A stretch of DNA of 64,000 nucleotides from Atractiella rhizophila (taxonomy: Eukaryota): assembly GCA_021432655.1 (NCBI GenBank), contig MU271228.1, positions 62,001 to 126,000 on the forward strand, given 5' to 3'. The translations under genes and the position numbers were made by a program. Each line of letters starts with the position of its first letter. The first letter of the stretch is position 1. Of the stretch, positions 46,233 to 59,889 are shown piece after piece. The notes beneath the pieces were generated by a model, which worked only from the letters and a program-made list of their open reading frames with translations, did not search any database and was not told the origin of the DNA.

Positions 46233-48013
46233 TTAGTCCTTTTTCTCCACCCCCGCCTCTTCCTCCTTGACGTCGGAGGCATTACCATCTGCCGCGTTTG
46301 GTGGATCCCATAGTAACATCTGCGATGACGGAGGGGCAAGAGGCTGAGCTGTAGGCGAGAGGAGGGACGAGAGGGTGGGTTTTGACTGTTGTTGTTGTTG
46401 GTGGTGCTGGATGGAATGAGGTGATGGCGAGGCGTTGGAGAACATTGGCATTGGTTTGCTCGCTGTACCGGAGTTACAGATGGTTACGTTAATGTTCAAC
46501 ACAGCAGATTTATGTAGAGAGGGAAGACGCACAACCACCGTTCTGGTAGAACGTCTGCAGCTCCCTGAAACTTTCTCGCCATACCCTCTCCCGTTCCATC
46601 TCCGACATCTCCGTCGTCCTCATCGGTGGTGGCGGTGGAGGTGGTGGTGAACGTTGAGGTGGAGTGGAAGAAAGGAGTTGTTGGACTTGAGAATTGAATT
46701 CGTGTCCATTACCGTACGCATTTGAATTTCGATCCTTGTTCTGGTTGGCCGACGGTCGGTTAGCTGGTTGAAGAGAGTTCACGTCGAGGGGAGGAAAGAG
46801 TTGAGGATTGGAAAGGATCAGGCGTTCGAGTTCGCCTTGCACCAGCCGCAAACTCATCAGCCATCCAGTCCCAACGAATGCGACCGTGAATAAATTACCT
46901 ATTCTGGCCTCGAGCAATTCTATCTTTTGCTTCTTATTCGCGCTCGTTACCCTCTCCGCCGCGAGTTCCTTATCCTTCCCTTCCAACGGCGGGATCTTTC
47001 TCCTCTTCGAGCTCACCGCTTGAGAGGGAGGGATGGGCGGCATCGAGAATTCATCTTGCATGTATGCGCAGAAGACTGACGCTGGGTCCTTTCCTCGTGC
47101 GAGACATGATTTCACTGCAACCATGCCCATGTTTGTCAGTCGCTGAAGTCCAAAGTGGAGGAAGCGTTTAAGTATGGGCGGGGGGTCAAAACGGGGGATC
47201 GGGAAGGAGGGTGCAAATATAAAGAGATACTTACCGCAGGCTCCGCTGTCGAGATCCATCGAAACGATCATCAAAAATTCGTCGAGATTGTAATCCAAGA
47301 ACATACCAAGTCGGTCTACACACACCAAGGAAGCGTCAGTTTGATGTACCCGACTTCCCATGGGGCCATGCCATTCTGGGAACGAGAGCTCCGGGATGCA
47401 AGAGAAAGAAAGAAAAGAACTAACCTGGCTCCGTCGCACTTCGGGATCACGGCTTCATCAATCACTGATTCTGCGTAGCACGTAGAGAAAGAAGCTGAAT
47501 AACACACCTTTACCTTTCTATCCACGCAATATACAATACATCATCAAAGTTCGTCTCCGTCGGGCACGAAAACACGAACCGCTGTCGGCAAGTCTTGCAA
47601 CTTGTCGCTCTGTAAATCTGCGACGAAGGCCTCTTCCTCTTCTGCCCCGTCGCCGCAGACTCCTCGTTGGTGGCAGCAGCGACCTGCGCCCCCTGCGCCG
47701 CAACTGTCGTTTTCCCTTCGCCTGTCCCTGTTTTTGGGTCGACAGACAGGTTTGGCGGACCTCCCGTGGTTGTCGTCGACTCCGAGGTCGTGCTCACTCC
47801 GTCTTCCACGCTGTAATGAGCAAAAGGGCTCGGACTGTCAAATACTCACCCATAGCTACTCCCACTCCCACTTGGCTCGTCTCTGCCCCTGCCATCGTGT
47901 CTGGTTGGTTGCTGAATAGTTACTGTTGGTATTGGTTGTCTTGCTGCGCAAAAAGTCGGTGCTTGATGTATGTCGCGAAGGCCGACTACTCCGAACGGAG
48001 CATGATCCCACAT
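46233..48013 (-). CDS. Zn(II)2Cys6 binuclear cluster transcription factor (5' end uncertain)
   Basis: Splicing of four micro-exons gives CKTCRQRKVKCDGARPTCGACVKSCLARGKDPASVFCAY, followed by the coiled coil KIELLEARIGELERLI. Confidence 0.85.
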
Positions 48014-48753
48014 CCAATCTCGTGATCTCGAAATTGTGAAAACGGCGTAGCAAAGTCACAGTCGAAGCGTTTCCAACTTGTTACCTGACTTGTTACAGAT
48101 GTATCATGTATCGATTCGACATAAACCATTCCCACCACCCGCTCCTGTCTCGGTTCCTTCCAGAAGGCAGATTGACAAATTGGTGTTTAGCATCACACCA
48201 TCTGAAACCATGGGTCCTGCTAGCAAACGTGCTGGCTTTGACAATCGTTCAGGGCGAAGACGTGTGTTAGCGCACTCATGATGGGTGAGCGATCGAATTA
48301 TTGATCAGTCTTGACGAAGTTGAAGGTCTCTGTTGTACAAGAAGATCTTCTTGCTTGCCAGTGTGGAAAGTGCTCAATGAGATGAGAGAAACTATGGTGC
48401 ATTGGTGAACAAGCATGTGGATCGTATTCAGACCACACGAGCTGCCTTCTATCTTCAAGTGCCCGAATGAGGATGACTGATTGGGAGCATCAATTTGGAA
48501 GTTTTCACGAGCTTGGCCGTGGGGCATTTGGAAAGACGAGGCTCAATGATGGGCTCCACAACACTGCAAACTCCCGTTTCACCGTGTGGAGCTGGGTGAG
48601 CACGGACAGAACCGTCCTCAAAGCTATGTTGCATTTGCTCTGGATAGCAAAGTGTTGCACGCAGAAGACGCGGAATCGGCTGTCTTTCATTATACCAGGA
48701 GAGGGAGCAGATTAAACTCAAAGGTCATATAATCTCACTGTCTGAGCTGGTCT

Positions 48754-48777
48754 GAGAACGAGAACGAGAACGAGAAC
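48754..48777. repeat. (GAGAAC)4 microsatellite
   Basis: Four perfect hexamer copies in intergenic DNA. Confidence 0.9.
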
Positions 48778-50198
48778 AAGACAAAGAAAGGTCCTCCCTC
48801 CACCCCGCACCATCACCCTCGCGCCGGGGTCCATAATTCGAGCAGACCAGATTCCACCGAGTCGGAGTTCGCTGAGCTCCAGATGCGTTCATTCATCATC
48901 ACGCCTCTCGAAATCTCAAATCTCAGATCTCGAACTCTTCAGGCGTTCGGTTGGCAGTGGTTACCTCGCTGAAAGTACGCTGCAACAGATGAAAGCGGGA
49001 AGCGGACTCGGAAAGCGGAAAGCGATAGGCGTCAGGGATAAGCGGTTGGCGGGTGGGTGGTAATGAGTGGTGAGCGGGAAGGGAGTCGGATGGCAGAGAC
49101 GCCATGTGCTGGAGCCAGCTGGGATTGAACTGATGAATGTATTAGTCATGATCAGTTGGGCAGATTGGGGTTTCCAATTACTATTCCAATACAGCAAAAT
49201 TTGGTGACGAACCACGGGGAGACAGGTTTAGGGCTGAGAATGACTCTGGGCTTATTGTTGTGGGTTGGAAGAGCTCAAGATGTCGAGGACGAGTGTGGCT
49301 GGCGGAAGCGATCCGTGACGCCCTGATGCTTCCATGTACATAGATAGGCACGGCATGCAGAGCGGGAATGTAATGGATGCAATGGGAGGGATGGATTTCA
49401 ACAGGTCCTTGTTGATCACTGGTCGAGGTGCATTTAGCCCGCGTGATGTTCGATTGATGACGATTCTAGAAGCATCAAGGTGTGGATCAGGGTGGAGGTA
49501 AGTAGCTTCGGCTCCATCGAAGTTGAGAGAACGTTGGAAGGTCATGAAACCGTCAGCTTGAATCCAGAGTCGGAGGGACCGAGGTTGAGATGTTGTGCAT
49601 TTCACATTGAGTCGCCGTTGCTGTCGTGACCCGCGAGTGACCCGATGTCACGTCAGTCAACGGAACGCATGCTTATTTTCTGTGGAATGACAGGACACTT
49701 TCACGAGATTGCTCATAGCATTGCCAAATGAATGGCTGCATGAATGAGAATCAATCCAGAGAACATCATACGATCAATGCAGCGAATGACAATGAGAAGG
49801 CCCAAAGGAACAAGAGAGAAAGCGAAGGCAGGGGACTGGAAAGAACGGGAGAATAAATTACGTACACGATTGAGTTAAAGTTTGTGAATGGCAGATCTTG
49901 AATCTCGACATCAATGTTGTAACCTCGGATCCGATTCTGGCAACTGTCCACCTTCTACTTGACTTCATTTGTGTTTTTTTCGTTCTGTTTTCATTTCTCT
50001 TATCATCTTTTCCTTTCCTCTTCACCTTTTCCTCTTTCCTCTTCCTTGTCAGCCATCTTCCTACCATCATTCCTTTTTCCTTTTCTCCGTGTTATTGACA
50101 GTGTGCTCGGCAGTGTTGTCGGGTGTCATACGTTGTAATGTTGCATCCCCCTATCCTCCTTCTGGACCAGTGCTCATGATTCCCACTAGCCGTTCTAG

Positions 50199-53100
50199 AT
50201 GTCTCGCATCACCTCTATCTTTGACTCTCACTCGACGCCCAACCTTCTCTCCTCCCGTCCTCGCCACGCTCACTCGCAATCACAACCTCAGACCATCTCC
50301 TTTCCAACTCTTAACAACGGTCCTAACAACACTCTCAATAACACTGTCAATAACACTCCCAATCAGTCCCTCAATAACACTGTCAATCAATCCCTCAACG
50401 GTGGAGGGAACAGGGAAGAAGCTATGAAGATCCGTCACGTCTCCTCCCTCTCCAACCTCGCCTCCTCATGTTGCGTCCCTCCTCTTTCTCCGAGCGAAAA
50501 CCAAGATCCCGACGTCGAAGTCTTGGGGAGCTCGCACGGACACACGCACGGTCGGGGGGTCGGGGAAGGAACGTCGACGACCAGGCGGGGGTCCGCCAGA
50601 GAGTCAATGCTTTTCGATGGGTTCGGGGGCAGGAGAAATGGGTCGGATCAAGGTCGGGCGAGGGAGATGGAGTCGCTCTCTGCGGACGAAGCAGACCCTT
50701 CCATCACTTGGTCGAGAAACCAATTCTCTCATTCGAATTCGAATTCTCAACAATACCAGCGGGCTTCCTTCAGCCACGGCCACAATCGTAACCAGAGCCG
50801 CAACGTACGTGAGAGCGTCACTTCCCTCTCTTCCATAACTACAAATACAAACACAAATGCCAATACCGAACCGAAATCGCGAGCCTTCTCCTCTGCTGCT
50901 CTCCGGGGAATTAGGGAAGGTTTCAGGGACCGTACAAGTGCAGCATACTCGAACTCACAGTCTCATCGGAAGAGGGAGGGAAGCATCTCTACATCCATCA
51001 CAAGTGGATGGACTGTTGGGTGGGAAGATACCTTTTCGATGACCTCCACAGTCACCGGCAACGTAACAGTCTCCCAAGGGCAGGTTCAAGGACAACCAAT
51101 AGAAAAGGACCTCCCGTCTCTACCCCGGTCTTCGACTGAGGAGACCGGAGTGAAGGAGAAAGGGAAGAGGGAATGGTTCTTCAATTCCAGGCCTCCATAT
51201 GAAGGATTCTTCTTCAATCAACCACCGGCCAAGGCTTCGTCTTCCTCACTTTCCAATTCAAACACAAACTCTACTCCAAACTCGAGGTCGATACCGAAGC
51301 ATAATCAGGACGCTAGCAGACATAAGCAGAGCAATTCGGCTTCTGCGGCCCTTGGTGGTGGCTTCGTACCTGGCACCACACTTGGTTCTTCCAGCAATTC
51401 TGGTTTTGGAGCAGGATTGGGAGAGACGCTAGGCATCCCGAATGAGCTGCTTGTCAACGACGTGCGCTCGTTTGGGGGGATGGAGAGGGTTGTAGAGGAA
51501 GAAGGACAGAGTCCAGCCCTCCCACCGAAAAATAACTCCGTCTGTCGTCTCTCTCTCCCGCCTTATTTCGATGCTAATGCTACGTGTGAATGGGATAAAT
51601 AGACAATGCCCAACTTCCAACCTCGTCGACTCTCTTCCCTCCCCCTCCCCCCTCCTCAGCGCTCTCTCTCCGCCACCGCTCCCCTCTTCATAAAACCGCG
51701 GAACAGGAACGGCTCCCTCTCCTCAGGTTCCGGCTCCAATGCCAACACACCAGCCAATAACTCACCAGCTCCATCATCTGGCGGGCTAACGCCGAAATCG
51801 CAATCAATGTCCACATCTTCAAGTGGGAATGGACGCCCTGGAAGCGGGAGATCCATCCGAGGCCCACGACCGCCTCCAATCGTCATTCCCAAACGGAGGA
51901 ACAACGGGATAGCATACGGTGACACCAACCCTTCCGCATCTTCATCCTCCCAGCAGGCCAATCCTGCCACCGAAGGCGCCTCCAATCGGCACCTAGGAGC
52001 GGGACTGGCCCCCATTTCAGAGAATAGGAAAAGCGGAGCATCCCAGACTTTGACCATTGGTCCAAGCACGAGTCAGAGCGAGAGGAGGAGTAGTCATGTT
52101 AGTACGGACGAGACACCGAGTAGTGGTTATTCGAACCCGGCAGAAGTGAAGGTGGGTGTTGCCAAGAGGGAGACTGTCAACAGGCGGGAGAGCGAGGACG
52201 GCAAGGCGGAAAGTCACACAACCGCCGTCGCTGCAATGGTACATAACCAGGAGATGGAACGCAGAGAGGAGCGAGGGGAGGAGAGGAAATCAACATTCCC
52301 GACAGACGTCAGCCTGAAATCGAACGATGGGCACGCGGATAGGATGCTTTCTCCATCCATCGACGGAGTGGTAAGAGGAAAGGGCGAGAAACGTTCATCG
52401 ATGGCCAGTCAAGCTTCCAGGCTTTCAAACGCATCTTTCGACATGAGGAACGTCCCAGTTATCTTTGGGACATCGTTGGCAAAAGGAGAAGAGGTCACCA
52501 TGTTCACAACTGACGAGGAGAGTGCGAGCGATGGTGGTGGCGATAGATCTTCATCCGCAGCTTCGACAGCCATCCCGCTCTCTTCGAAAACTGTCGGTAT
52601 GGGACTGTTGGGTATTGAGAGACGGGGTGCGAGCCCAGGGAGGGCGTCTTCGAGGAGTTCCCAGGCGATGGAAACACTCATGGATGAAGTCGGTGGAGAT
52701 CATGAGCTCTCGAATGCCGCCAGTTCAGGTCCGATCTCGAATGCAGCTAGTAGCGCAGGCTCACAGTCCAATCCACCGACTCTACCTTCCTTGCCTCTCA
52801 TCTCTCCTTCCCTCCAGATCTCTGGCTCCTTCTCCCCCTCTTTCAACATCGCCGACATCAATTTCGACTCTCCATCCGATTCTAACGCCTCTAACACCCC
52901 TTGGTCAGCTACGAGTAACAGCGCAAGCGCCAGTGCCCCTCAGGCGTTCAAGTCATTCAGGAACTATTCCGAAACGTCCGTCTCGACCGGTAAGAAGGAA
53001 GTTAGCCTCGGAATCAACACTCCTTCTACTGGAATAAGTGGCATAGGATCGCCGGCCTTCTCCTTCTCGTCGCCTTCTGCAGACGGATCCACGGAGAACC

Positions 53101-55448
53101 TTCTCTCGAACATCGGCCATGCGCCTGCGAAGGTTAGCAGAGGAAGAATGGTATATAATTCCCGGACCTTGCAGCAGGGACAAGGGCCGCGAATGCTGGA
53201 GGAGAGGATGAGGACTGGATCATTGCCTCAGATCAAAGAAGTGTACAAGGAGTCCGAAATGTTGGCTCCAAAGATGAGACCGCGAGCGATGTCGGACAGT
53301 CCTTCCCCTTCTCCCTCCCCGCGAAAAACGGAATTCGACATCCGCCCTCAACCTGCTTCCACAATGATGACGCCCGCGACCACACTCAATATCCCTAAAC
53401 CTCAACGAATGTCTAGATCCCCGTCTCTGCGTTCGGCAGTCTCTGTCAAGAGCTCAAATAGCAGTCTCTCCCCTTCTCCTTCTGTCGCAGCTTCGCCCTC
53501 TCTAATGTCGCAACGGAACCCCCGCGCTTCTCCCGTCCCCACTCCCGATGCTACCCAACAAACGAAAGAGGAACCGTTGAAACGTTCTGCGACACAACAG
53601 ACCGCGAGTTCGATAGGAAATCAAGACGGAGGATTAGAAGCGATACCGTTCGAATGGAACACTTTATCCGTTACGGAGGCTAGAAAACAGCTGGACCCTA
53701 GAGAATTACAGGATATTATTGTAGCAGCTATCAGGGAGTACAACGATAGTCCTAACAGTCTGCTTATGGGGAAAATGGAGGATGTCGTTGCTGATCTAGA
53801 GAAGTACAAAGGTGTTAAGGCAGACTTAGAAGGTAAATTCCTTTGGACTCGTAAGACAATGTGTGACTGATGGAAACTTAGCGAAATACGGAAAGGAAAT
53901 TACCCGGCGCGGAACAGTCCTGTCGAGGCATGTTTTGTCCTTGCGTGCATTCAATGGAGAAGAAGGAGGCCGATTTGCTGAAGGTCAGTTTCTCACAACA
54001 GTAGACAGTCTGAGACGACCTGACAATATGCTTCAGGCCTTGTGAGGGCAGTTAACAAGTCCGATCAACTCTCACAGCGCATCGCTCAGGTTTCGGACCA
54101 TATTAACAAAACAGAAAAGCTGAGGGACGAGCATTGGCGCGCTGCCGCAAGCCTGAGTTTGGCGAAGCTCAACGCTTCTTATCTCAAGACGAAGGACAGA
54201 GTTAAAGCTTCCCAGGTTCAGGTTCGTACGCTGGAAGAGGCGTTGAAGAAGAGCGATGAGCAGAAGAAGGAAGCTTTGGAGCGCGTCAAGGAGCTCGAAG
54301 AGCATATTCGCATCCTGCAAGAGGCTAACTCTATGCTACTTTCGCAGGCGATGGAGAATCCAACATCAACCAACAGCCGATTCTCAAAGTCTTCAAGCTC
54401 TGCCCATGAGTATCAGTCAAATGCAGGCAACGTACCTTCCATCCGCGGACCTGGATCGATAGACAGCTATTACTTCCACGAATCTGAAATGTTGCCTTCC
54501 CGTCAAAGCTGGGCAACGGCCACCGAACCCAATACCCCTTACACCAGTACCACCCACGACTTCCGTCTCTCACAATTCCCTGTTCCACCTCCAGAACTGC
54601 CTACAAGAGAAGTAGATGTACCAATCATCACAACAGACTCCAGAGGGCTTCTCACCCCGACATCCATCAAGTCTCCTCGTAGGCGTCGGCGGAAACGATC
54701 CTCTGTTCGTCCAGAGTCATCTATTCCTGAACATGGCGAGACGGACGATGAACGAGATCCCATCACAAGCTCGAACAGCGCATCCCCTGTTCCTAAGCAA
54801 GGGCCATTCAGGTCGGTGAACACAATGCCCTTTCCAGAAGACCGCCCGGATTCAGAACCAGACCTCATCATCACCATCGATACGATTGGGAAAGATCACT
54901 CAGCCAATCGGCCGCAAAAGCTGACGGAGTCACCTGAACCGACAACACGAGACCTGCATTCTGCATCATTCATCGACACCAGGAAGGGCTCGTTGGACGA
55001 AGAGCTGGAAGAACTCAAGGCGTCGTCGTCGCCTTTGTCGCCCTTGTCTCCCGATGAGAACGGTGAAGGGAAAATGACAACTTCGAGACGTCTGGCTAGC
55101 GCTATTCGACAACGGATAGGATCACTCAGACGTTCAAACTCAGGCTCTTCGACCTCATCTCCCCGTCGAAGATCCATCTCTCTGCCTTCGATCATTGCAG
55201 GTGTCACTGCTCAGGAACCTCCGTCGTCTCCACCCCAAGACGACTCCAAATATGACCCCTTTGCACCACCACCAATGAGACCCCTTAAACTTTCGACTGC
55301 GAAGCAGATCCTTGAATCACTGGCAGAAGAAGAAACCGATGGTGAAGGAGTTGACCCCATAAGAGTCAACCTTTCCTCAATTGCGTTGAGCTACCTGGAC
55401 TCAACAGAAATTGCTCGCGCTTTGGTCGAGCTTCGGGATTTGCGTTAA
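50199..55448 (+). CDS. Very large Ser/Pro-rich protein with a central coiled-coil domain (possibly Uds1-like)
   Basis: Three long same-strand ORFs (467, 754 and 468 aa) are joined by short introns. The ordered core reads IIVAAIREY...DQLSQRIAQVSDHINKTEKLRDEHWRAAASLSLAKLNASYLK plus heptad repeats. Confidence 0.7.
50325..50396 (+). repeat. Coding 12-bp minisatellite, 6 imperfect units (NNTL NNTV NNTP NQSL NNTV NQSL)
   Basis: AATAACACTGTC / AATCAGTCCCTC-type units read directly from the sequence. Confidence 0.85.
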
Positions 55449-55898
55449 GCAACTTTTTTACATTTTTACATTCAGTTTTCGACCCCTTGTTCGTTTTCAT
55501 TATTATTCAACCAGAGGGATCGTTGCATCAATTCGTACGCAACCTGGATATTTTATTTCGCGTTTCTATTACCCGTTCCTATGTAAGGAACTTGTTCATG
55601 ATTAATACTCCTCCGTTTTTTCTTCAAAAAAACGCTAGTTGGGCAGGGACAGGAATAAATTATCCCTTTGATATGGATATACCCTTCGACATCTTATCAT
55701 CTTGCAAATTCTAGAACTTGCGAAGTTGGGGTTTCGACATCCATGTGTTTCATAAATTCAGTTCAAAGCTTCACTTCTGTACATGTAACATTCATGTTCT
55801 CAACATCTTCAGGGCTTTCTCGACCTTCAGTTCCACTCACAGCATCTTTTTTTCGATTCTTTCTCCTTTTCACAAAGGCTACTAACAATCCGTACCCG

Positions 55899-57801
55899 TC
55901 ATGCCATCAAAAGGAACTGGTTGAAATCAATTTTCTCTTTGCAACAACGAAACACTCGATCCAGCTCGTAGTAGTAACAACGAACATCAATCCACTAATC
56001 CTTTCAGCTCCCTTCCAATCAGGAACCGTCGAATCTCTTGCGTTCCTGCTCCGACTCGGTACAACTGTGCATCCCTCCACAACCGACCTGTTGGGTACTC
56101 GTTGATGTATCCATTCCCTGTCATTCAAATCAGCAACACTCATTGTGTGTGAGAAAAGCAAGACTCACCTCCAAGGGATTGCATTGCTTCGGTCGTTACC
56201 TCCAACGCTCGATCGCTGGAATAAAGGATAGCGCCAGCACAATCTTGACGACTGACATAACCAGCATCACACGCCTTCGCGACCGCATAAACGTAACTTC
56301 GGCTCGCGCTCAACTTAGTATACATGTCCGCGATCTTGCCCTGCATGAGTTGGAAGTCGCCTACTGACTTGCCGAATTGTTTCCGCTCATGGACGTAAGG
56401 GAGGGCAATGTCGATGGCAGCCTGCATTAAGCCTAAGGGACCACCGGAAAGCACGAGACGCTCGAGGTCTAGGCCGGACATGAGGACGGCAGCGCCGTCG
56501 TTCACTTTGCCAAGCACGTTCGTCTCCGGCACCTCGCAGTTCTCAAAGACCAGCTCGCAGGTATTGGAGCCGCGCATTCCGAGTTTGTCGAGCTTTTGTG
56601 CCGTCGAGAAACCTGGGAAGGTGTTTTCGATACTGCAATCACTTCGTCAGTCGTACCAGGGTTGGTGAGAAGGACAAACGGACATGAAAGCAGTGATACC
56701 TTTGCTTCCCTTCTCTGGCTCTGTTTTTGCATAAACTATAAGAGTAGAAGCATCCGGCCCATTCGTGATCCTATTCGCCATCCAGCCATTTAAGCTACAT
56801 AGAATGCAGGGGATAAAGTCGACTCACCAGAACTTATTCCCGTTGAGGATATACCGATCCCCTTTCTTCTCGGCCTTGAGCTTCATCCCAACGACGTCCG
56901 ATCCCGCTCCAGGTTCAGACATAGCAAGTGATCCAACCTTCCTCCCGGCTATGAGGTCCGGCAGATACTTCTCCTTCTGCTCCTTCGTGCCGTGGCGATG
57001 GAGTTGGTTCACGCAGAGGTTGGAGTGTGCACCGTAGGAAAGAGCGATGGAGCCTGAGTATGTGGAAAGCTGCAAAGTTCATTAACATTTGTATCGTGGG
57101 AAATGACCAATGGGTAAGTGGCGGCCAACAAATTATAGCAAGGACAAACTCATGGTAGCAATACGAACCTCTTGACGCGTTCTCCAAACAAGGAAGGAGC
57201 GTCCATCACAAAACCTCTTAACTTTTCATGTTTGATAAAATGTTAGAGTTAGTTGGTGACTTGAGACAATAGAAGATGTCAGCCCATTGTGGGTAATTAC
57301 ACCTTCTTCTCAATTAATGTTTCCATTACTTTTGAATGATATGGAAGTTCAATGAAAAGAAGCTGGCAAGATGATATGAAGTTTCATGAAATAATAAATG
57401 GAATCTTTGTAGTAAAGTAAGAACACGCACCACCTCCATAATAACAGTATGACCCCAATATCCACCCTCCAAACCACCATATTCCTCTTTCGCGGTAGGA
57501 CCCAGGATTCCTAAATCCCCCATCTTCTTCCAAAGATGATTTGGGAACGCGTTATTTCGATCGACCTCAGCTGCAATCGGTTTGATTTCCTTCTCTGCCC
57601 AAGCAGTGACGGTCTCTCGTAGCTATGGTCACACTCATCAGCATGATGGCTTCCTCGTACTTAAAAAGAGAGAACGACCTCTTGCACCTCGGGCGGAAGT
57701 TGATGAAGTGAGGGAAGGTAGGTTGTGCTGAACTGCCGCCGTTTACAAAGCCCTTGCACAGCGCGCGCAGGAGTAATCAGGCGAAGACTCGGGCGTAGCA
57801 T
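55899..57801 (-). CDS. IVD: Mitochondrial isovaleryl-CoA dehydrogenase (exact 3' end uncertain by a few codons)
   Basis: Presequence [84 protein letters not shown] and [21 protein letters not shown]. Confidence 0.95.
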
Positions 57802-58390
57802 TTCGTCGTGCTGGGGAGGATATGAAGGTGTAAGGTGAAAGGAAGTTTCCTGGGGGTGTTCGTCGCTCAAGCCAGCGACGCAGGGTGGAGAGGAAGGAGC
57901 GGGAAGCCGTTTCCAACTTTGCGACTTGGCTGACTATCCCTCACTATACCCGTAAAGTAGGGACTACGTGCTTCACTAGATAGAGTCCGCTGTTACAAAA
58001 AGGGCAGGCTAGCTTGCTTGATTGACACGGTTGATATTAACGCATGAGATCATCGATCAGTAGGACCGGTTTTGATCAGTTACGGTGACGGCGTCATTAC
58101 ATCCGGTGTGCCAGGTTCTCGCTTTCGAGAGGCAGCGTCCAGGAAACATTTCGAGACGTGACACCATCTCCACATTTATCCTCGCAGCAAGAACGTTACG
58201 CGCCTTTCCAGTGGCCAGGCCTACATAAGCATAAGCATATAATCCAGCAGAAGAGATCTTCCACCAGCTTCCAGAATCCAGCTTCGGTTCGACACGCCGT
58301 CTGACTCTGATCACTTCTCCCCTTATAACATTTCAGAACAGTTCTTGCAGTTCTCCATCAGTATCAGCTTCTACGACAGTGACCTTCAGC

Positions 58391-59773
58391 ATGTCCGAAG
58401 CAACCAACAAAGGTAAGACTCAAGTAGTAATCGTGGGAGGAGGGATCATGGGTGTTTGCTCCGCTTACTACCTCCTCCATTCCCAACCTCAAGCTGAAGT
58501 TGAAGTAACACTCATCGAAGAGTCCTATATCGCAGCAGGAGCTTCTGGGAAGGTCCGTTTCTTCTTTTCATCTTCTACCCTTACTCACAGGCTGCAATCG
58601 CAAGGCTGGCGGTTTCTTGGCCTCTGATTGGATCTCTCCTCCCACCGCAGACCTAGGAACCCTTTCCTACAAGTTGCATCAGGAGTTGGCTCTCGAACAC
58701 GGAGGGGCTGAAAAATGGGGATATCGGGGGATAAACACCTACGGCGTCACCCTTGATCCAACCCAGACATCTCCTTCTTCCGTCTCACGAGCATGGGAAC
58801 CCGAAAAGAACGTCGTCTTCTCCTCTGTTCGCGCCACGCCTTCTCCCATCGTGCAAGAACAGATCGAATCTTGGCTCGACACTCAGGCTATTCAGAGCGT
58901 TTCGATCTTAGGCACGGACCAGACCACTGCCCAAGTGGATCCTCTCCTCTTCACGAGGGAACTGTTTCGCCTGTCTAGGGAGAAAGGTCTGAAGTATCTG
59001 AAGGGGGAGCCGGTGCGAGTGGAGATGGACTATCAGACACGGGAATTGGAGAATGTCACGATTCGACGGACGGAATCAGCAAATGCGGATGATGGAATGG
59101 AGGAGAACGACCCATCTTCCTTCCCGACAATCCCTCCTCAGAGCCTACTCGGACTATCAGAGCGAACAAACTCGTGATAGCGGCTGGCCCATGGACCTCA
59201 CACGTCCTCCAGAAACTTGGCATCTTTCCGCCAACCACTACTCTCACGCTACCCATCATTCCCCTGCCTGGACATTCCCTCATCCTCCGCCCTCTGTCAT
59301 CAACTCCCCTACCTGCCAGCGCGATCTACGCTTCCGTCAAAGGCGCACAAGCCGGGGAATATCCTCCTTGCCCTGAAACTTTCAACAGGCCAGATGGAAC
59401 GGTTTATCTGGCAGGAGCGAACGGAGGAGTTCCAGTCCCCGCCTCAGTCTCAGATTCGCACCTCTTACATGACCGCAAGCGCTTCGATGAGCTCTTGCGC
59501 AGTGCGAAGCTCATCTCCTCCCATTTGGACGTGGATGCTGGCAGATGCGAAGTCATAAAGGAACAGCTGTGCTTTCGCCCTCTTACTCCGGATGGACATT
59601 CGATCCTTGGAGAGATTGTCAAGGATGTCTTGGTCTGTACTGGCGCTGGACCTTGGGGCATCACGCTCGGTCCAGGGATGGGGAAAGTGGTTGCTGAAAT
59701 GATATTGGGAAAGGAGAGGAGTGCGGATATCGAGGGATTGGGAGTCGAGAGGTGGTTGAATAAACCGCGGTGA
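58391..59773 (+). CDS. FAD-dependent oxidoreductase, DAO family (yeast TDA3-like), with an apparent internal frameshift
   Basis: VVIVGGGIMGVCSAYYL, GASGK-AGGFLA, TTAQVDPLLFT, LVIAAGPWT, QLCFRP and GPWGITLGPGMGKVVAEMI. The frame changes between 59093 and 59174 with no convincing intron. Confidence 0.85.
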
Positions 59774-59889
59774 ATATGGCTTTATTTGTACAGTGCCTGC
59801 TCTTTGTATCAACTGTGGGCTAAAATTACTGGGAATGTGTATTTGTCTTGCAAATCCGGCACGAAAGAAACGAGTGTGTATATGACTGA

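Noticed and set aside
48080..50150. Short ORFs in the divergent intergenic region, including the 117-aa ORF at 49252-49605
   Set aside because: No motifs or splice support; more simply explained as promoter/UTR sequence.
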